IMG/VR virus record: IMGVR_UViG_3300036901_000131
Strand: one strand, 5' to 3'
DNA: 61,443 bases
Origin: a virus
A program made the position numbers and the translations under genes. The notes beneath the pieces are model-generated. The model was given only the letters and a program-made list of their open reading frames with translations. It did not search any database and was not told where the DNA came from. Each line of letters begins with the position of its first letter. Position 1 is the first letter of the stretch. Shown one piece after another: positions 16,712 through 25,298 of the stretch.

Positions 16712-18072
16712 ATGATCATATCCTTGTACTCTTTGGCGAATTTCTTGAATTCTTCCATGTTCTTCTGATCGAATCGCAACTCATAAATCTTCATGGCCAT
16801 TTTGTGAAACATGATCATGACTTCGGGGGTGAAGTTGCGCAGCGCATACCCGATGGCCCGATCAGCCCGATCAGCCCACTTCTTGCGTTCCGGACTGGAA
16901 TCTATCCGCAGTCTGTCGCCGCGATATTTCTTGTCTACGACATCGGATTCCTTCTTCAGTTCGTATCCCATTTGCACGCATGTCGAATAGGCGATCTGGG
17001 TGCGAAACTTGTTATCCTTGGGATTGAAGGCGGTCACGCTGCCATCGAAAATTCTCTGGACATTCGGCATGTCTTCCATGAATTCACGATGCTGTAGAAA
17101 GGCCGTGCCACCGACATTACCGATGGCTCCGCACACTTCTGGTTTGATGACGTGGGGTGGGCCTGGTTTGCTGACGATCCGGGAGACGAATTCCCATGTG
17201 CGTGGGCTGCGGAAGCTGTTTTCCGGATGGTTGGCAAAATCCTCATCGAACAAATGCGATGTCCATTTCGCGAGATAACCGACCACATCCGAGTGCATGC
17301 CGTTGAGCACCGCCCATTTCTGCCAGTCCTCGTGATTGACCTCCATCTCGATGTGATCGAAGCGATTGGCGACTGGTTTGAGCAGTTTGTAGGTGAGACC
17401 TTTATCACCATCGCGGTTGCCCATGGCGAGGATCATCACGCCATCCGGCACGACGTAATCACCAATGCGTCGATCCAGCACCAATTGGTAGGCAGCCGCC
17501 ATGACGTTGGGTGGGGCCGAGTTGAATTCTTCGAGGCCGAGGATGGCTTCGGATTTTCCGGTGATGGTCCAGAGCACCTTGCCGGAGGTCAGGCGATCAT
17601 CCGCGTCCGTGACGATGACAACGAAATGGTTGGGTTTCTTTTCGATGAGGCGAGCATTCTTGCCAGCCTCGACGGCCTTGACCCTGATATCGGGATTCGT
17701 GCAATATGGTATGCTATTGTTGCCGATGGGATTGTAGAATTTGACAATCTCCGTCTCATGGACATCGACGATCTCGACGAGGTCAAGATCACGTGGGAAA
17801 ACCAATGGTGGGGTCCAGATCAGTCCGCGCATGCCGCCAATGGTTTCCACGAACGGCACGCCACGGATGTCCTCGGGCGCGACCGAGGTCAGACGAAAAT
17901 CGATGAAGGCGATGTCAAGCTCGTCGGCGACCTGGCGGGCGACCGCTGACTTGGAGATGCCTGGCGCACCATGGACATAGAGGGAAATCCCGGTCCCTCG
18001 CATGTGCTTGATGATGTCGGAGACGTATGACGGACGTACTTTATTGAGGGCTAAATCTAAATCTGTTGGCAT
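16708..18072 (-). CDS. MoxR/CobS-like AAA+ ATPase
   Basis: Walker A motif LYVHGAPGISKSAVARQVA. AAA_5/MoxR-like architecture of 454 aa. Paired with the VWA protein. Confidence 0.75.
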   Translation of the reverse strand: MPTDLDLALNKVRPSYVSDIIKHMRGTGISLYVHGAPGISKSAVARQVADELDIAFIDFRLTSVAPEDIRGVPFVETIGGMRGLIWTPPLVFPRDLDLVEIVDVHETEIVKFYNPIGNNSIPYCTNPDIRVKAVEAGKNARLIEKKPNHFVVIVTDADDRLTSGKVLWTITGKSEAILGLEEFNSAPPNVMAAAYQLVLDRRIGDYVVPDGVMILAMGNRDGDKGLTYKLLKPVANRFDHIEMEVNHEDWQKWAVLNGMHSDVVGYLAKWTSHLFDEDFANHPENSFRSPRTWEFVSRIVSKPGPPHVIKPEVCGAIGNVGGTAFLQHREFMEDMPNVQRIFDGSVTAFNPKDNKFRTQIAYSTCVQMGYELKKESDVVDKKYRGDRLRIDSSPERKKWADRADRAIGYALRNFTPEVMIMFHKMAMKIYELRFDQKNMEEFKKFAKEYKDMII

Positions 18073-18127
18073 TCCTCAATTTAAGCCGTTGACCGTGTCC
18101 TGGTCAATCATTGTTTGATGATAACGA

Positions 18128-18487
18128 CTAATCAATTTTCATGAGTAGTGAGAGACGGCCCTCGACCAGTTTGAGTTTGATGCCAATCCAGTGATCGTAG
18201 ACGACTATCTCGTCCTTGCCACAATAGTACGGCATCTTGGCGTGCTGATCGAGATAGATCATGTGCGCTGGCTTGAATTGTTCATCATCCGGGACCTTGA
18301 TCTCGTAGCCTCGGAAGTGTTTCCGCATGATCTGAATACCGAGGATCGTCAGCCGAAGTCCCTTACCGGCGCGATAATTGAAGAACATCTGGCGCAGAAT
18401 CTGTTCATCGGTCAATGGCAGGAGAAATTCTTCGATGGCCGTTTTTCGGATGTGTGAAACGATGGCCAGATGGATTTTATTCTCCAT
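18128..18487 (-). CDS. hypothetical protein
   Basis: 119-aa ORF, co-directional. Confidence 0.4.
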   Translation of the reverse strand: MENKIHLAIVSHIRKTAIEEFLLPLTDEQILRQMFFNYRAGKGLRLTILGIQIMRKHFRGYEIKVPDDEQFKPAHMIYLDQHAKMPYYCGKDEIVVYDHWIGIKLKLVEGRLSLLMKID

Positions 18488-18770
18488 CTTCCTCGATGAC
18501 GGTTCCTGCGATCAGCATGTGCACCGCGAATTTATCAGTCTTGAATATTACATTCAACTTATTTTTCAAGTTGTGCGCGTGGCCAGCATTGGGGAAACTC
18601 GACTTCTTGTACTTGGCACCGAGATCGATGATCGTATGCAGTGACCTCAGATTGATCGGTTGATCGTCATAAAACACCGCGTAGATGGCGTCCGCGAGCA
18701 GAACCTGCTCCGCCTTATAGGTCTTCGGATCAGTGAACGACAAAAGGATTTTTGGTTTTGGACGTGACAT
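18477..18770 (-). CDS. hypothetical protein
   Basis: 97-aa ORF overlapping the downstream gene by 11 nt. Confidence 0.4.
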   Translation of the reverse strand: MSRPKPKILLSFTDPKTYKAEQVLLADAIYAVFYDDQPINLRSLHTIIDLGAKYKKSSFPNAGHAHNLKNKLNVIFKTDKFAVHMLIAGTVIEEDGE

Positions 18771-18841
18771 CTGAAATCCCCGAATAGAAAGTCGGGGGTT
18801 TAAAAGTCCCGTCTCCGTCTTTATTTATCTGCGCAGTTATT

Positions 18842-19162
18842 TTAGATCGACTCTGGACTGACCAATAAGGGATATTCGTGCTGTCTGGCCAACGCATTCG
18901 TCATGTCGGCCTTATGACTGGCAACCTCGAAGGTATAACTGCCGACCCTGGCCTTACCCTCCCGATGAATCTTCAACATCGTGACAGTCGCGTCATCCAG
19001 TGACAGATTGAAAATACTGATCAAAACTTGGACGACGAACTGCATAGCTGTGAAGTCGTCGTTAAGAATGATGACGCAGTACATCGGTGGTCGCTTGTGT
19101 TTTGGTTTGGTGAGCGTCCTGCCGTCTTCGTTTATATCACCGAAATATTCATGGATTGTCAT
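18842..19162 (-). CDS. clpS: ATP-dependent Clp protease adaptor ClpS
   Basis: KPPMYCVIILNDDFTAMQFVVQVLISIFNL…LKIHREGKARVGSYTFEVAS aligns with E. coli ClpS ([28 protein letters not shown]…[20 protein letters not shown]). Confidence 0.8.
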   Translation of the reverse strand: MTIHEYFGDINEDGRTLTKPKHKRPPMYCVIILNDDFTAMQFVVQVLISIFNLSLDDATVTMLKIHREGKARVGSYTFEVASHKADMTNALARQHEYPLLVSPESI

Positions 19163-19584
19163 TGTGGTTTCCTAATCGTATCTGATTTATCCAGGTAGTC
19201 GAACCAAAAGTCTTTGCCGTTGTCGCTTGGTATCAACCTGTAATAGATGTCATGATCGTATTCGGCGTCCGTGCTGGATGTGCCACCGCCCCCCGCAACG
19301 GAGTCGTTCGTATTGCCGCCATTGGTGTCGTTGGTATCATCTGGACCAAAGCCTTTGATGCTGGCCGCGCACATCCTGATCAACCCGTTGGTGTCCAGTG
19401 TGGTGACCGTATCCTCGTCGATTTCCACCCTGTTGGGTGCCCAATCGTCATTATTTCCCCATTGCCAGTCCGATTTCAACAAATCTTTGATGAATGTCAT
19501 GACCTTTGGTGCGTTGCACGGCATGGGTTGAGCATGCGCGGTCGTGATGAACAAGGAAAGCAGAACTCCGCCGAGGATTTTCAT
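19159..19584 (-). CDS. secreted hypothetical protein (signal peptide)
   Basis: MKILGGVLLSLFITTAHAQP leader. Start overlaps the clpS stop. Confidence 0.45.
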   Translation of the reverse strand: MKILGGVLLSLFITTAHAQPMPCNAPKVMTFIKDLLKSDWQWGNNDDWAPNRVEIDEDTVTTLDTNGLIRMCAASIKGFGPDDTNDTNGGNTNDSVAGGGGTSSTDAEYDHDIYYRLIPSDNGKDFWFDYLDKSDTIRKPQ

Positions 19585-19629
19585 GATTGACTTCCAAAAT
19601 CCGAAAGTACCTTTCCCGTCAGTGAAAAA

Positions 19630-20058
19630 TCAAGCTGAAATTTGGATTTCCTTCGCTTTCTGGATGTCTGGAATCTGTCGGATCAGGTCAATTTCCAATA
19701 GTCCGTGTTCCAATTTGGCGGATTCGACGATCACGTGTTCGCCGATCATGAATTCGCGAGAAAAATCCCGATACGCTATGCCTCGATAGAGAATCACATG
19801 TTCGGGTTCGACGAGGCCATCAATCGCTATTTGCGAGGGCGTTTCCTTGCTGCCACGAATGGTCAGAAGTTCGCCTTGCAGGATGATGCTGAGATCAGTT
19901 CGGGTGAATCCGGCCACCGCCAGGGTCAGGCGGTATTTATCCTTGCCGATATGCGTGATGTTGTGCGGCGGGAATTTGTTCGCCGCGTTGCGTTCGAAAA
20001 ATCGTGGGTCGAGGCCAACACTATGTTTTAACACAGTGTCCATGGCGTTAGCGTTCAT
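19630..20058 (-). CDS. ibpA: small heat-shock protein, Hsp20/alpha-crystallin family (IbpA-like)
   Basis: YRLTLAVAGFTRTDLSIILQGELLTIRG…LYRGIAYRDFSREF…LEHGLLEIDLIRQIP aligns with E. coli IbpA ([28 protein letters not shown]…LYQGIAERNFERKF…LVNGLLYIDLERVIP). Start set at MNANAM (20058), preceded by AGGAGGTG. The ORF track extends to 20103. Confidence 0.8.
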   Translation of the reverse strand: MNANAMDTVLKHSVGLDPRFFERNAANKFPPHNITHIGKDKYRLTLAVAGFTRTDLSIILQGELLTIRGSKETPSQIAIDGLVEPEHVILYRGIAYRDFSREFMIGEHVIVESAKLEHGLLEIDLIRQIPDIQKAKEIQISA

Positions 20059-20205
20059 TGTATCACCTCCTAAAAGCGAAGTTTCGGCCCTGCGTTCAGG
20101 CACCGAACGAATATTTATTCAAAATACATAGTTCGCTGTGCTTGCGACCAGACGCGATCCGTCGTATGATGAGACTTCGTTGCTCGAACTATAAGGGATA
20201 TCCTC

Positions 20206-20817
20206 ATGCCGTTGGACGTAGCAGGCTTCCCGATTCAGGTGTCATCGCTGACTGATGTTCTGAAGTCGCTTGGCATCGCGCCCATACCGCGCGAAGTTCT
20301 CGCCCGACACAAGAAATCGGAAATCAAGAAACACCCCGCGCACTGGGCCGCGCCGATCCTTCACCTCTATCGTGACTCGGTCGCTTACATAGGCACGGCT
20401 TTCGTGTGCAGCATCGTCGCGGCCATCGTGGTCTTCACCTATGACCTGGTGACCTGGCATCTACTGCTGGGAACCATCCTGGGGCCGATTCTGATGTTCG
20501 TCTTGCCGATACTCATGTTGTTCGGCATGGTCGTACTCGATGGCATACGGATAAGTGTCAAGGATAAAGCCGAATGGGTCGAGAGCAAGGCCATCCTGCG
20601 TGGCACGGACAACATTCCGTGTGAGATCGCGAACCTCGGCAAGGCCATTCTCAAGGAGCAGCCCACCGCCGCCTTCGTCAAAGGCACGCTGGTGCAGAAC
20701 AATGTCACCCTCGATCCCTATCTGATCGTCAAGGATGGCGCTGATGAAGCGGTTCTGGGCATCTGGGATGACAACGGCATCCTGCTGATCGCCGCTCGAC
20801 CCGCTCACTTTCGATAA
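20206..20817 (+). CDS. membrane protein (2-3 TM helices), hypothetical
   Basis: 203 aa with hydrophobic segments (AYIGTAFVCSIVAAIVVF, LLLGTILGPILMFVLPILMLFGMVVL). Confidence 0.45.
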   Translation: MPLDVAGFPIQVSSLTDVLKSLGIAPIPREVLARHKKSEIKKHPAHWAAPILHLYRDSVAYIGTAFVCSIVAAIVVFTYDLVTWHLLLGTILGPILMFVLPILMLFGMVVLDGIRISVKDKAEWVESKAILRGTDNIPCEIANLGKAILKEQPTAAFVKGTLVQNNVTLDPYLIVKDGADEAVLGIWDDNGILLIAARPAHFR

Positions 20818-20855
20818 TCCAGTGAAAACAGGGGCATTTTTTGCCCCTGTTTTTG

Positions 20856-21437
20856 TCAGGCTTTGGCGGCTTTCATCAGATCAGCTTTGGAGATCATCGG
20901 CGCGAGGATGATCGTCATGTCGGCGTCGCCGTCAGACAACGATCTGTCGATCTTGTGATCGCCAATCGCGTGCAGGAACCGTTCGACGATTTGTCTGCCC
21001 CAGTCCCGGTGGGTGCGTTCCCGGCCTCGGAATCTCACCACCACTTTCACCTTGTCACCTTCGTCGAGGAAGCCTCTGGCGCGTTTCACCTTGATCATCA
21101 TGTCATTGTCGTTGGTGACAGGGCGCAGTTGAATTTCCTTGGTATCCACCATCATCTCGCGTTGACGTTTGGCCAATTCCTTTTCGGTTTTTTTCTTCTC
21201 GAAGCGGAATCGATCCGCGTCCAGCACCCGACAGATCGGCGGATCGGAGTCAGTCGCCCCAGGAGCCACCACGACAAGGTCAAGACCTTGGTTGCGGGCC
21301 TTTGAGAGCGCATCATGAAATGAGAAAATACCAAGTTGCCGGTCACCGTCGAGGAGACGTACCGTGCGAGCACGAATGTGCTCATTAATGACGAAATCAG
21401 TAGCCAAGTGTAAACCACATGTGTTGAAAAAATCCAA
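20856..21437 (-). CDS. infC: translation initiation factor IF-3
   Basis: INEHIRARTVRLLDGDRQLGIFSFHDA…PPICRVLD…TKEIQLRPVTNDNDMMIKVKRARGFLDEGDKVKVVVRFRGRE…MTIILAP aligns along its full length with E. coli IF-3 (INGEIRAQEVRLTG…PPVCRIMD…[20 protein letters not shown]…ITLRFRGRE…MIMVLAP). Confidence 0.85.
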   Translation of the reverse strand: MDFFNTCGLHLATDFVINEHIRARTVRLLDGDRQLGIFSFHDALSKARNQGLDLVVVAPGATDSDPPICRVLDADRFRFEKKKTEKELAKRQREMMVDTKEIQLRPVTNDNDMMIKVKRARGFLDEGDKVKVVVRFRGRERTHRDWGRQIVERFLHAIGDHKIDRSLSDGDADMTIILAPMISKADLMKAAKA

Positions 21438-21595
21438 TGAGAATGAAATTATTTATATACCATACATAACAATTGCATGTCTAAGGCTAATTTTTCTGAC
21501 AGTTGACATCCGGTCGGCCATCGGTAATCATGGCAGCGCTCTTTGAACCGTGCATCGCCTCTCCTGTCGTCCGCCCTACCGGGCGGATTCGGCTG

Positions 21596-22221
21596 TCCTC
21601 GGATGGCTTCAAAAAACGCGGGTAAGACGCGAGTATACGCACGGCCAAATGGTCACGAAAAATGTAACATGGCGCTGAACATCTCGGTTATCCTGAGGTT
21701 TGGATGGCCACGAAAATATCAGTATAAAAGCCATGTCTCGGCTATCCTCTGGATGGCCACGAAAACTAGCGCGGCACTAGGTTGCTTTTCCCTTGGTTAT
21801 CGCGAGATGGCCACGCAAAAACTTATGACTTCATACACGGCTTGATGGCCACGAAAATGAAAGGAATGCTTTGGATGATTTGGCTATCCTAGTCGGATGG
21901 CTATGAAAACGAATGGTCGAACACTGCGGGTCTCATTTTGGCCACGGAAAATAGTAGGCCGCAGCCTGGCTGTGAGGCGACTGTCCGGTTATCCTGACTT
22001 TTGGATGGCCACGAAAACAGCGTGATTTCACCGTTGCCGACTGGGCCGAGGTCTACGAAAACACCTTTGGACCGTGGGCGAGTCGGCTATCCCGTTTTGG
22101 GATGGCCACGAAAATACCAAGACACATCCCACATGTGTTTGAAGGCTATCATTCCATGATGGCCACGAAAATTATCCTGCTTCCGAGGCATACCAGAATC
22201 GGCCATCATTTTGGCTATCAG
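21596..22221. repeat. array of at least 10 degenerate direct repeats: GGYTATCC-N3-8-GGATGGCC-ACGAAAAY units separated by unique 22-33 bp spacers
   Basis: Core GGATGGCCACGAAAAY or close variants start near 21647, 21702, 21751, 21804, 21843, 21895, 21939, 22002, 22049, 22100 and 22158 (about 40-63 bp apart). Most copies carry an upstream GGYTATCC forming an 8-bp imperfect inverted repeat with GGATGGCC, whose only non-Watson-Crick positions are T.G on the plus strand. All copies share one orientation and lie between two minus-strand genes. Confidence 0.6.
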
Positions 22222-23099
22222 ACGAAGAAATCGTTGTCCACGAACATGCCGCAGGATGCCTTTACGGAAAAACCAACGCGAGGCACGATCTTGCTCCTGA
22301 CGGAGAGGCGCTCCTTGATGATCGCCAGATTTTTCTGGATCACCGGCTCCGGACTTTCGCGACTTTTCTCATTGGGCGGATTGTAGCGCACGAGGTTCAC
22401 CCGCACGTTCAGACCATACTGTTCCACCGCGTCACAGATCGCCTGCACATCGGCCTCCCGGTCATTCTCGCCGTCGATGAACGCCCAGTGCAGCACGATC
22501 TCCCGCTTCTGGGATTTCTGCCACTCGGACAACAGATCGAGGCCGTGGCCGACCGGCAGAGCCCTCGGCAGCCAGCGTTTGCGGAATTTCTCGTTCATGC
22601 TGTAGATGGAATAATAGAACTCGACCGGAGAGCCGCCGAACGCCTGTACCAGGGTGTAGCGGAAGTCCTGTGGCATGATGGTCGAGATGTTGAATTTGGC
22701 GCGTAGCCCCCTCTGGCGGGCCATGCAGGACAGACAGCCGATGATCTCCTGATTGTCCTCCAGCAGATGCGGGTTCGACAGCGCCTCGCCACGTGACATC
22801 CAGTTGACGTGCACTGAATCAGCATGGCCCTGATCATCCGCGACGGCGTCATAATAGGTCAGTACCTGCAAGGCTTGTTCGAGATACAAATCCATGTCAA
22901 CCGGCTCGAACGAAGTCTGCCCGGTGGCGGTGAGATGACACATGCGACAGGCATGCTTGCAGCCGGTGTGTGATGACAGGTAGACGATGAAGTAATCGTC
23001 CGTGCGTCGAACATAGCGGGTTTCGATGTAGCCTTCCTTCATCTGGCGGATGAAATTGACCGATCTGTCCTCATCGGACTTGAGAATGTTCCATTTCAT
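22218..23099 (-). CDS. radical SAM enzyme, RlmN/Cfr-like (short form)
   Basis: GCKHACRMCHL is the CxxxCxxC radical-SAM cluster motif. The C-terminal VNLVRYNPPNE…GFSVKASCGMFV resembles RlmN/Cfr (NLIPFNP…AACGQL, with the conserved C-terminal Cys). At 293 aa it lacks the RlmN N-terminal domain. Confidence 0.55.
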   Translation of the reverse strand: MKWNILKSDEDRSVNFIRQMKEGYIETRYVRRTDDYFIVYLSSHTGCKHACRMCHLTATGQTSFEPVDMDLYLEQALQVLTYYDAVADDQGHADSVHVNWMSRGEALSNPHLLEDNQEIIGCLSCMARQRGLRAKFNISTIMPQDFRYTLVQAFGGSPVEFYYSIYSMNEKFRKRWLPRALPVGHGLDLLSEWQKSQKREIVLHWAFIDGENDREADVQAICDAVEQYGLNVRVNLVRYNPPNEKSRESPEPVIQKNLAIIKERLSVRSKIVPRVGFSVKASCGMFVDNDFFV

Positions 23100-23623
23100 G
23101 AATAATCAAACTCAAACAATTCGTTCATCTTCCTCAAATCGTCGACGTGACAGCAAAAACGATCCCCAAATCGGAAGTTGCGTTTTGGCAACTCAATGAG
23201 ATCGTCATGCACGTACCAGCCGACAAGATCGAAGGCGGTTTCTATCGAGCCGCGCACGACCACGTAGATGTTGGCCCAGCGTTGCGGCTCATGCGGATTG
23301 ACGATCAGGTTGCCGGTCAGACGAGGGCCTGCGCCATCCATGCCAAGATGGATGACTTCCACGGTCATGCCGTGGAAGGTGAAATCCGATCCACCGTCAC
23401 CATGCGTGTCATAAATCTCTGAGTTGAACTTCTGTTGGAACGCGTCCGCCGCGAATTTTTCCGCCTCGTATGCCTGCCGGTCGGTCTGCGCGCTGGTCCG
23501 GCTGCCGTCCTTGCGAATGTCGGAAATGCCAGCGTCTCTTTTAGCGTGATACCGTTCACTCCCGTCCGTCATAGGAATTTTCCCTGACATGCATGTCACG
23601 AATAGTATTACGCAAACCAGCAC
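23096..23623 (-). CDS. hypothetical protein (start uncertain, possibly an internal ATG)
   Basis: 175-aa ORF. The N-terminal hydrophobic stretch may be spurious. Overlaps the downstream gene by 4 nt. Confidence 0.35.
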   Translation of the reverse strand: MLVCVILFVTCMSGKIPMTDGSERYHAKRDAGISDIRKDGSRTSAQTDRQAYEAEKFAADAFQQKFNSEIYDTHGDGGSDFTFHGMTVEVIHLGMDGAGPRLTGNLIVNPHEPQRWANIYVVVRGSIETAFDLVGWYVHDDLIELPKRNFRFGDRFCCHVDDLRKMNELFEFDYS

Positions 23624-23738
23624 GTTGTTGTTTCATGAACCTATAAAGCAACAAGCCTACCTGAGTGCGGCATGAATCATCATCTGCCAAACCTTCTCGC
23701 AGCACATCGGCGATGAGTTCTATCTCCATGTCGGTCAT
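23556..23738 (-). CDS. hypothetical small protein
   Basis: 60-aa ORF, coupled (4-nt overlaps) with its neighbours. Confidence 0.3.
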   Translation of the reverse strand: MTDMEIELIADVLREGLADDDSCRTQVGLLLYRFMKQQRAGLRNTIRDMHVRENSYDGRE

Positions 23739-23992
23739 GTCATCTCCACCAGACCGGCGAGCGAAAATTCGGTCAGGTCCATGTGAATGGCCAGTACCTT
23801 GATGCGCTGAATGGTCTCTTTCGGTACTGGTTTCCCACTCAGGATATCGGCCAGGGTCTCCAACGCGATCTCAAACTCCCGATGATCACACCAGTAATCG
23901 ACTTCCGCCTTTTCCTCGACGGATAAGTCACAACTTGTCATCAACGCCTCGAATATCCGCTCTGTCTCGGACCATGTAAAATCATCAGTCAT
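23735..23992 (-). CDS. hypothetical acidic protein
   Basis: 85-aa ORF. Confidence 0.35.
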   Translation of the reverse strand: MTDDFTWSETERIFEALMTSCDLSVEEKAEVDYWCDHREFEIALETLADILSGKPVPKETIQRIKVLAIHMDLTEFSLAGLVEMT

Positions 23993-24003
23993 GTAATACT
24001 ATC

Positions 24004-25242
24004 CTACGAAGTTGCCGCAATCGCCTTATATACGACATCGGGTTCCGTGCCGTCAACAATCGTGGCTTTCCGTACGATGATTTCAGAGATGCCCTTCGCT
24101 TTCATGTCAGGCAGATCGAATTGTGTCCGCAACAGTCTGGATTCGAGGACACTGCGCAGGGCGCGTCCATTGGTCTTGCGCGTGCGTGCCAGCCTGGCGA
24201 CCGCCTGCAAGGCATCGGCATCGAATGTCAGGTCAATCCCGTCCAATGCGAACATCTTTGAATATTGCTTGATCAGGGCGTTTTTTGGCTCGGTGAGAAT
24301 GCGCACCAGTTGATCCTCATCGAGTTCGTCCAGCATGGTGATCACCGGCACGCGTCCGATCAATTCCGGGATCAAACCAAATTTGATCAGATGTTCCGGC
24401 TCCACGCGACGGAACGAATCCTTGGATTGTATTTTTTGTTTGTCGACCTTCGCACCATAGCCGATGCTGGTCTCTTCCTGTTCGAGGATTTTATCCAGGC
24501 CGACGAAGGCTCCGCCCAGGATGAACAGGATGTTGTGGGTGTTGACCTTCACGAGGTCAGCGTTCGGGCCGCGCCGGTTGCCCGATGCCACCATGGTCTC
24601 GGTACCTTCCAGGAGCTTCAGGAGAGCCTGTTGGACACCTTCGCCGGTCACATCCTTGTTGGATGATCCGGTGACCTCGCGGCTGCGCTTCTTGTCGATC
24701 TCGTCGAGGAAGATGATGCCTCGCTCGGCTTTCTTCACGTCGTTGTCAGCGGCCTGAAGCAGGCGTGAGATGATGCTCTCGACATCATCACCAACGTATC
24801 CGGCCTCGGTCAACGAGGTGGTATCGACGATGGTGAGTGGAACATCCAACATGCGGGCGATGGATTTCGCCAGCAGGGTCTTACCAACCCCGGTCTGGCC
24901 GATCATCAGAATGTTTGATTTGTCGATCTCGATGCCGTCGATGACGGGATTTTCGAGTCTCTTGTAGTGGTTGTAGACGGCGACGGAGAGGACTTCCTTG
25001 GTATGGTTCTGACCGATCACATACTGGTCGAGATAGTCCTTGATCTCTCTGGGGTAAGGTGTGGTCGACTTGGTTTTGGTCAGAATGACTTTGTCTTTTT
25101 CATAACTGTTGAGAACTTCTGTGCATTTCCCAACACATTCATCACAGATGAATCCAGTTTCTCCCTGAATTAATCGCTTAACTTTCTGGGAAGATTTTGA
25201 ACAAAATGAACACTTAAGCAGCTTTTGAGAATTAGCCATCAT
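24004..25242 (-). CDS. clpX: ATP-dependent Clp protease ATP-binding subunit ClpX
   Basis: N-terminal zinc-binding domain (LLKCSFCSKSSQKVKRLIQGETGFICDECVGKC versus E. coli [33 protein letters not shown]). Walker A motif GQTGVGKTLLAKSIARML. Start moved to MMANSQ (25242), preceded by GGAAGG. The track's 25302 start adds 20 unlikely residues. Confidence 0.85.
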   Translation of the reverse strand: MMANSQKLLKCSFCSKSSQKVKRLIQGETGFICDECVGKCTEVLNSYEKDKVILTKTKSTTPYPREIKDYLDQYVIGQNHTKEVLSVAVYNHYKRLENPVIDGIEIDKSNILMIGQTGVGKTLLAKSIARMLDVPLTIVDTTSLTEAGYVGDDVESIISRLLQAADNDVKKAERGIIFLDEIDKKRSREVTGSSNKDVTGEGVQQALLKLLEGTETMVASGNRRGPNADLVKVNTHNILFILGGAFVGLDKILEQEETSIGYGAKVDKQKIQSKDSFRRVEPEHLIKFGLIPELIGRVPVITMLDELDEDQLVRILTEPKNALIKQYSKMFALDGIDLTFDADALQAVARLARTRKTNGRALRSVLESRLLRTQFDLPDMKAKGISEIIVRKATIVDGTEPDVVYKAIAATS

Positions 25243-25298
25243 GAAAAAAAGCCTTCCACAGGACCTTATATTTATGTGCGAAACGAAAAGTTCAAATA

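Noticed and set aside
17152-17949. 265-aa plus-strand ORF antisense to the MoxR ATPase
   Set aside because: The opposite strand carries the Walker A motif and coherent AAA+ architecture.
21596-22221. Possible CRISPR array
   Set aside because: Repeats are degenerate with several sequence variants and some half-units. Spacer lengths vary from 22 to 33 bp and no cas genes are nearby. It is reported instead as an orphan hairpin-repeat array. The ORFs 21543..21845 and 22102..22386 inside it are treated as spurious.
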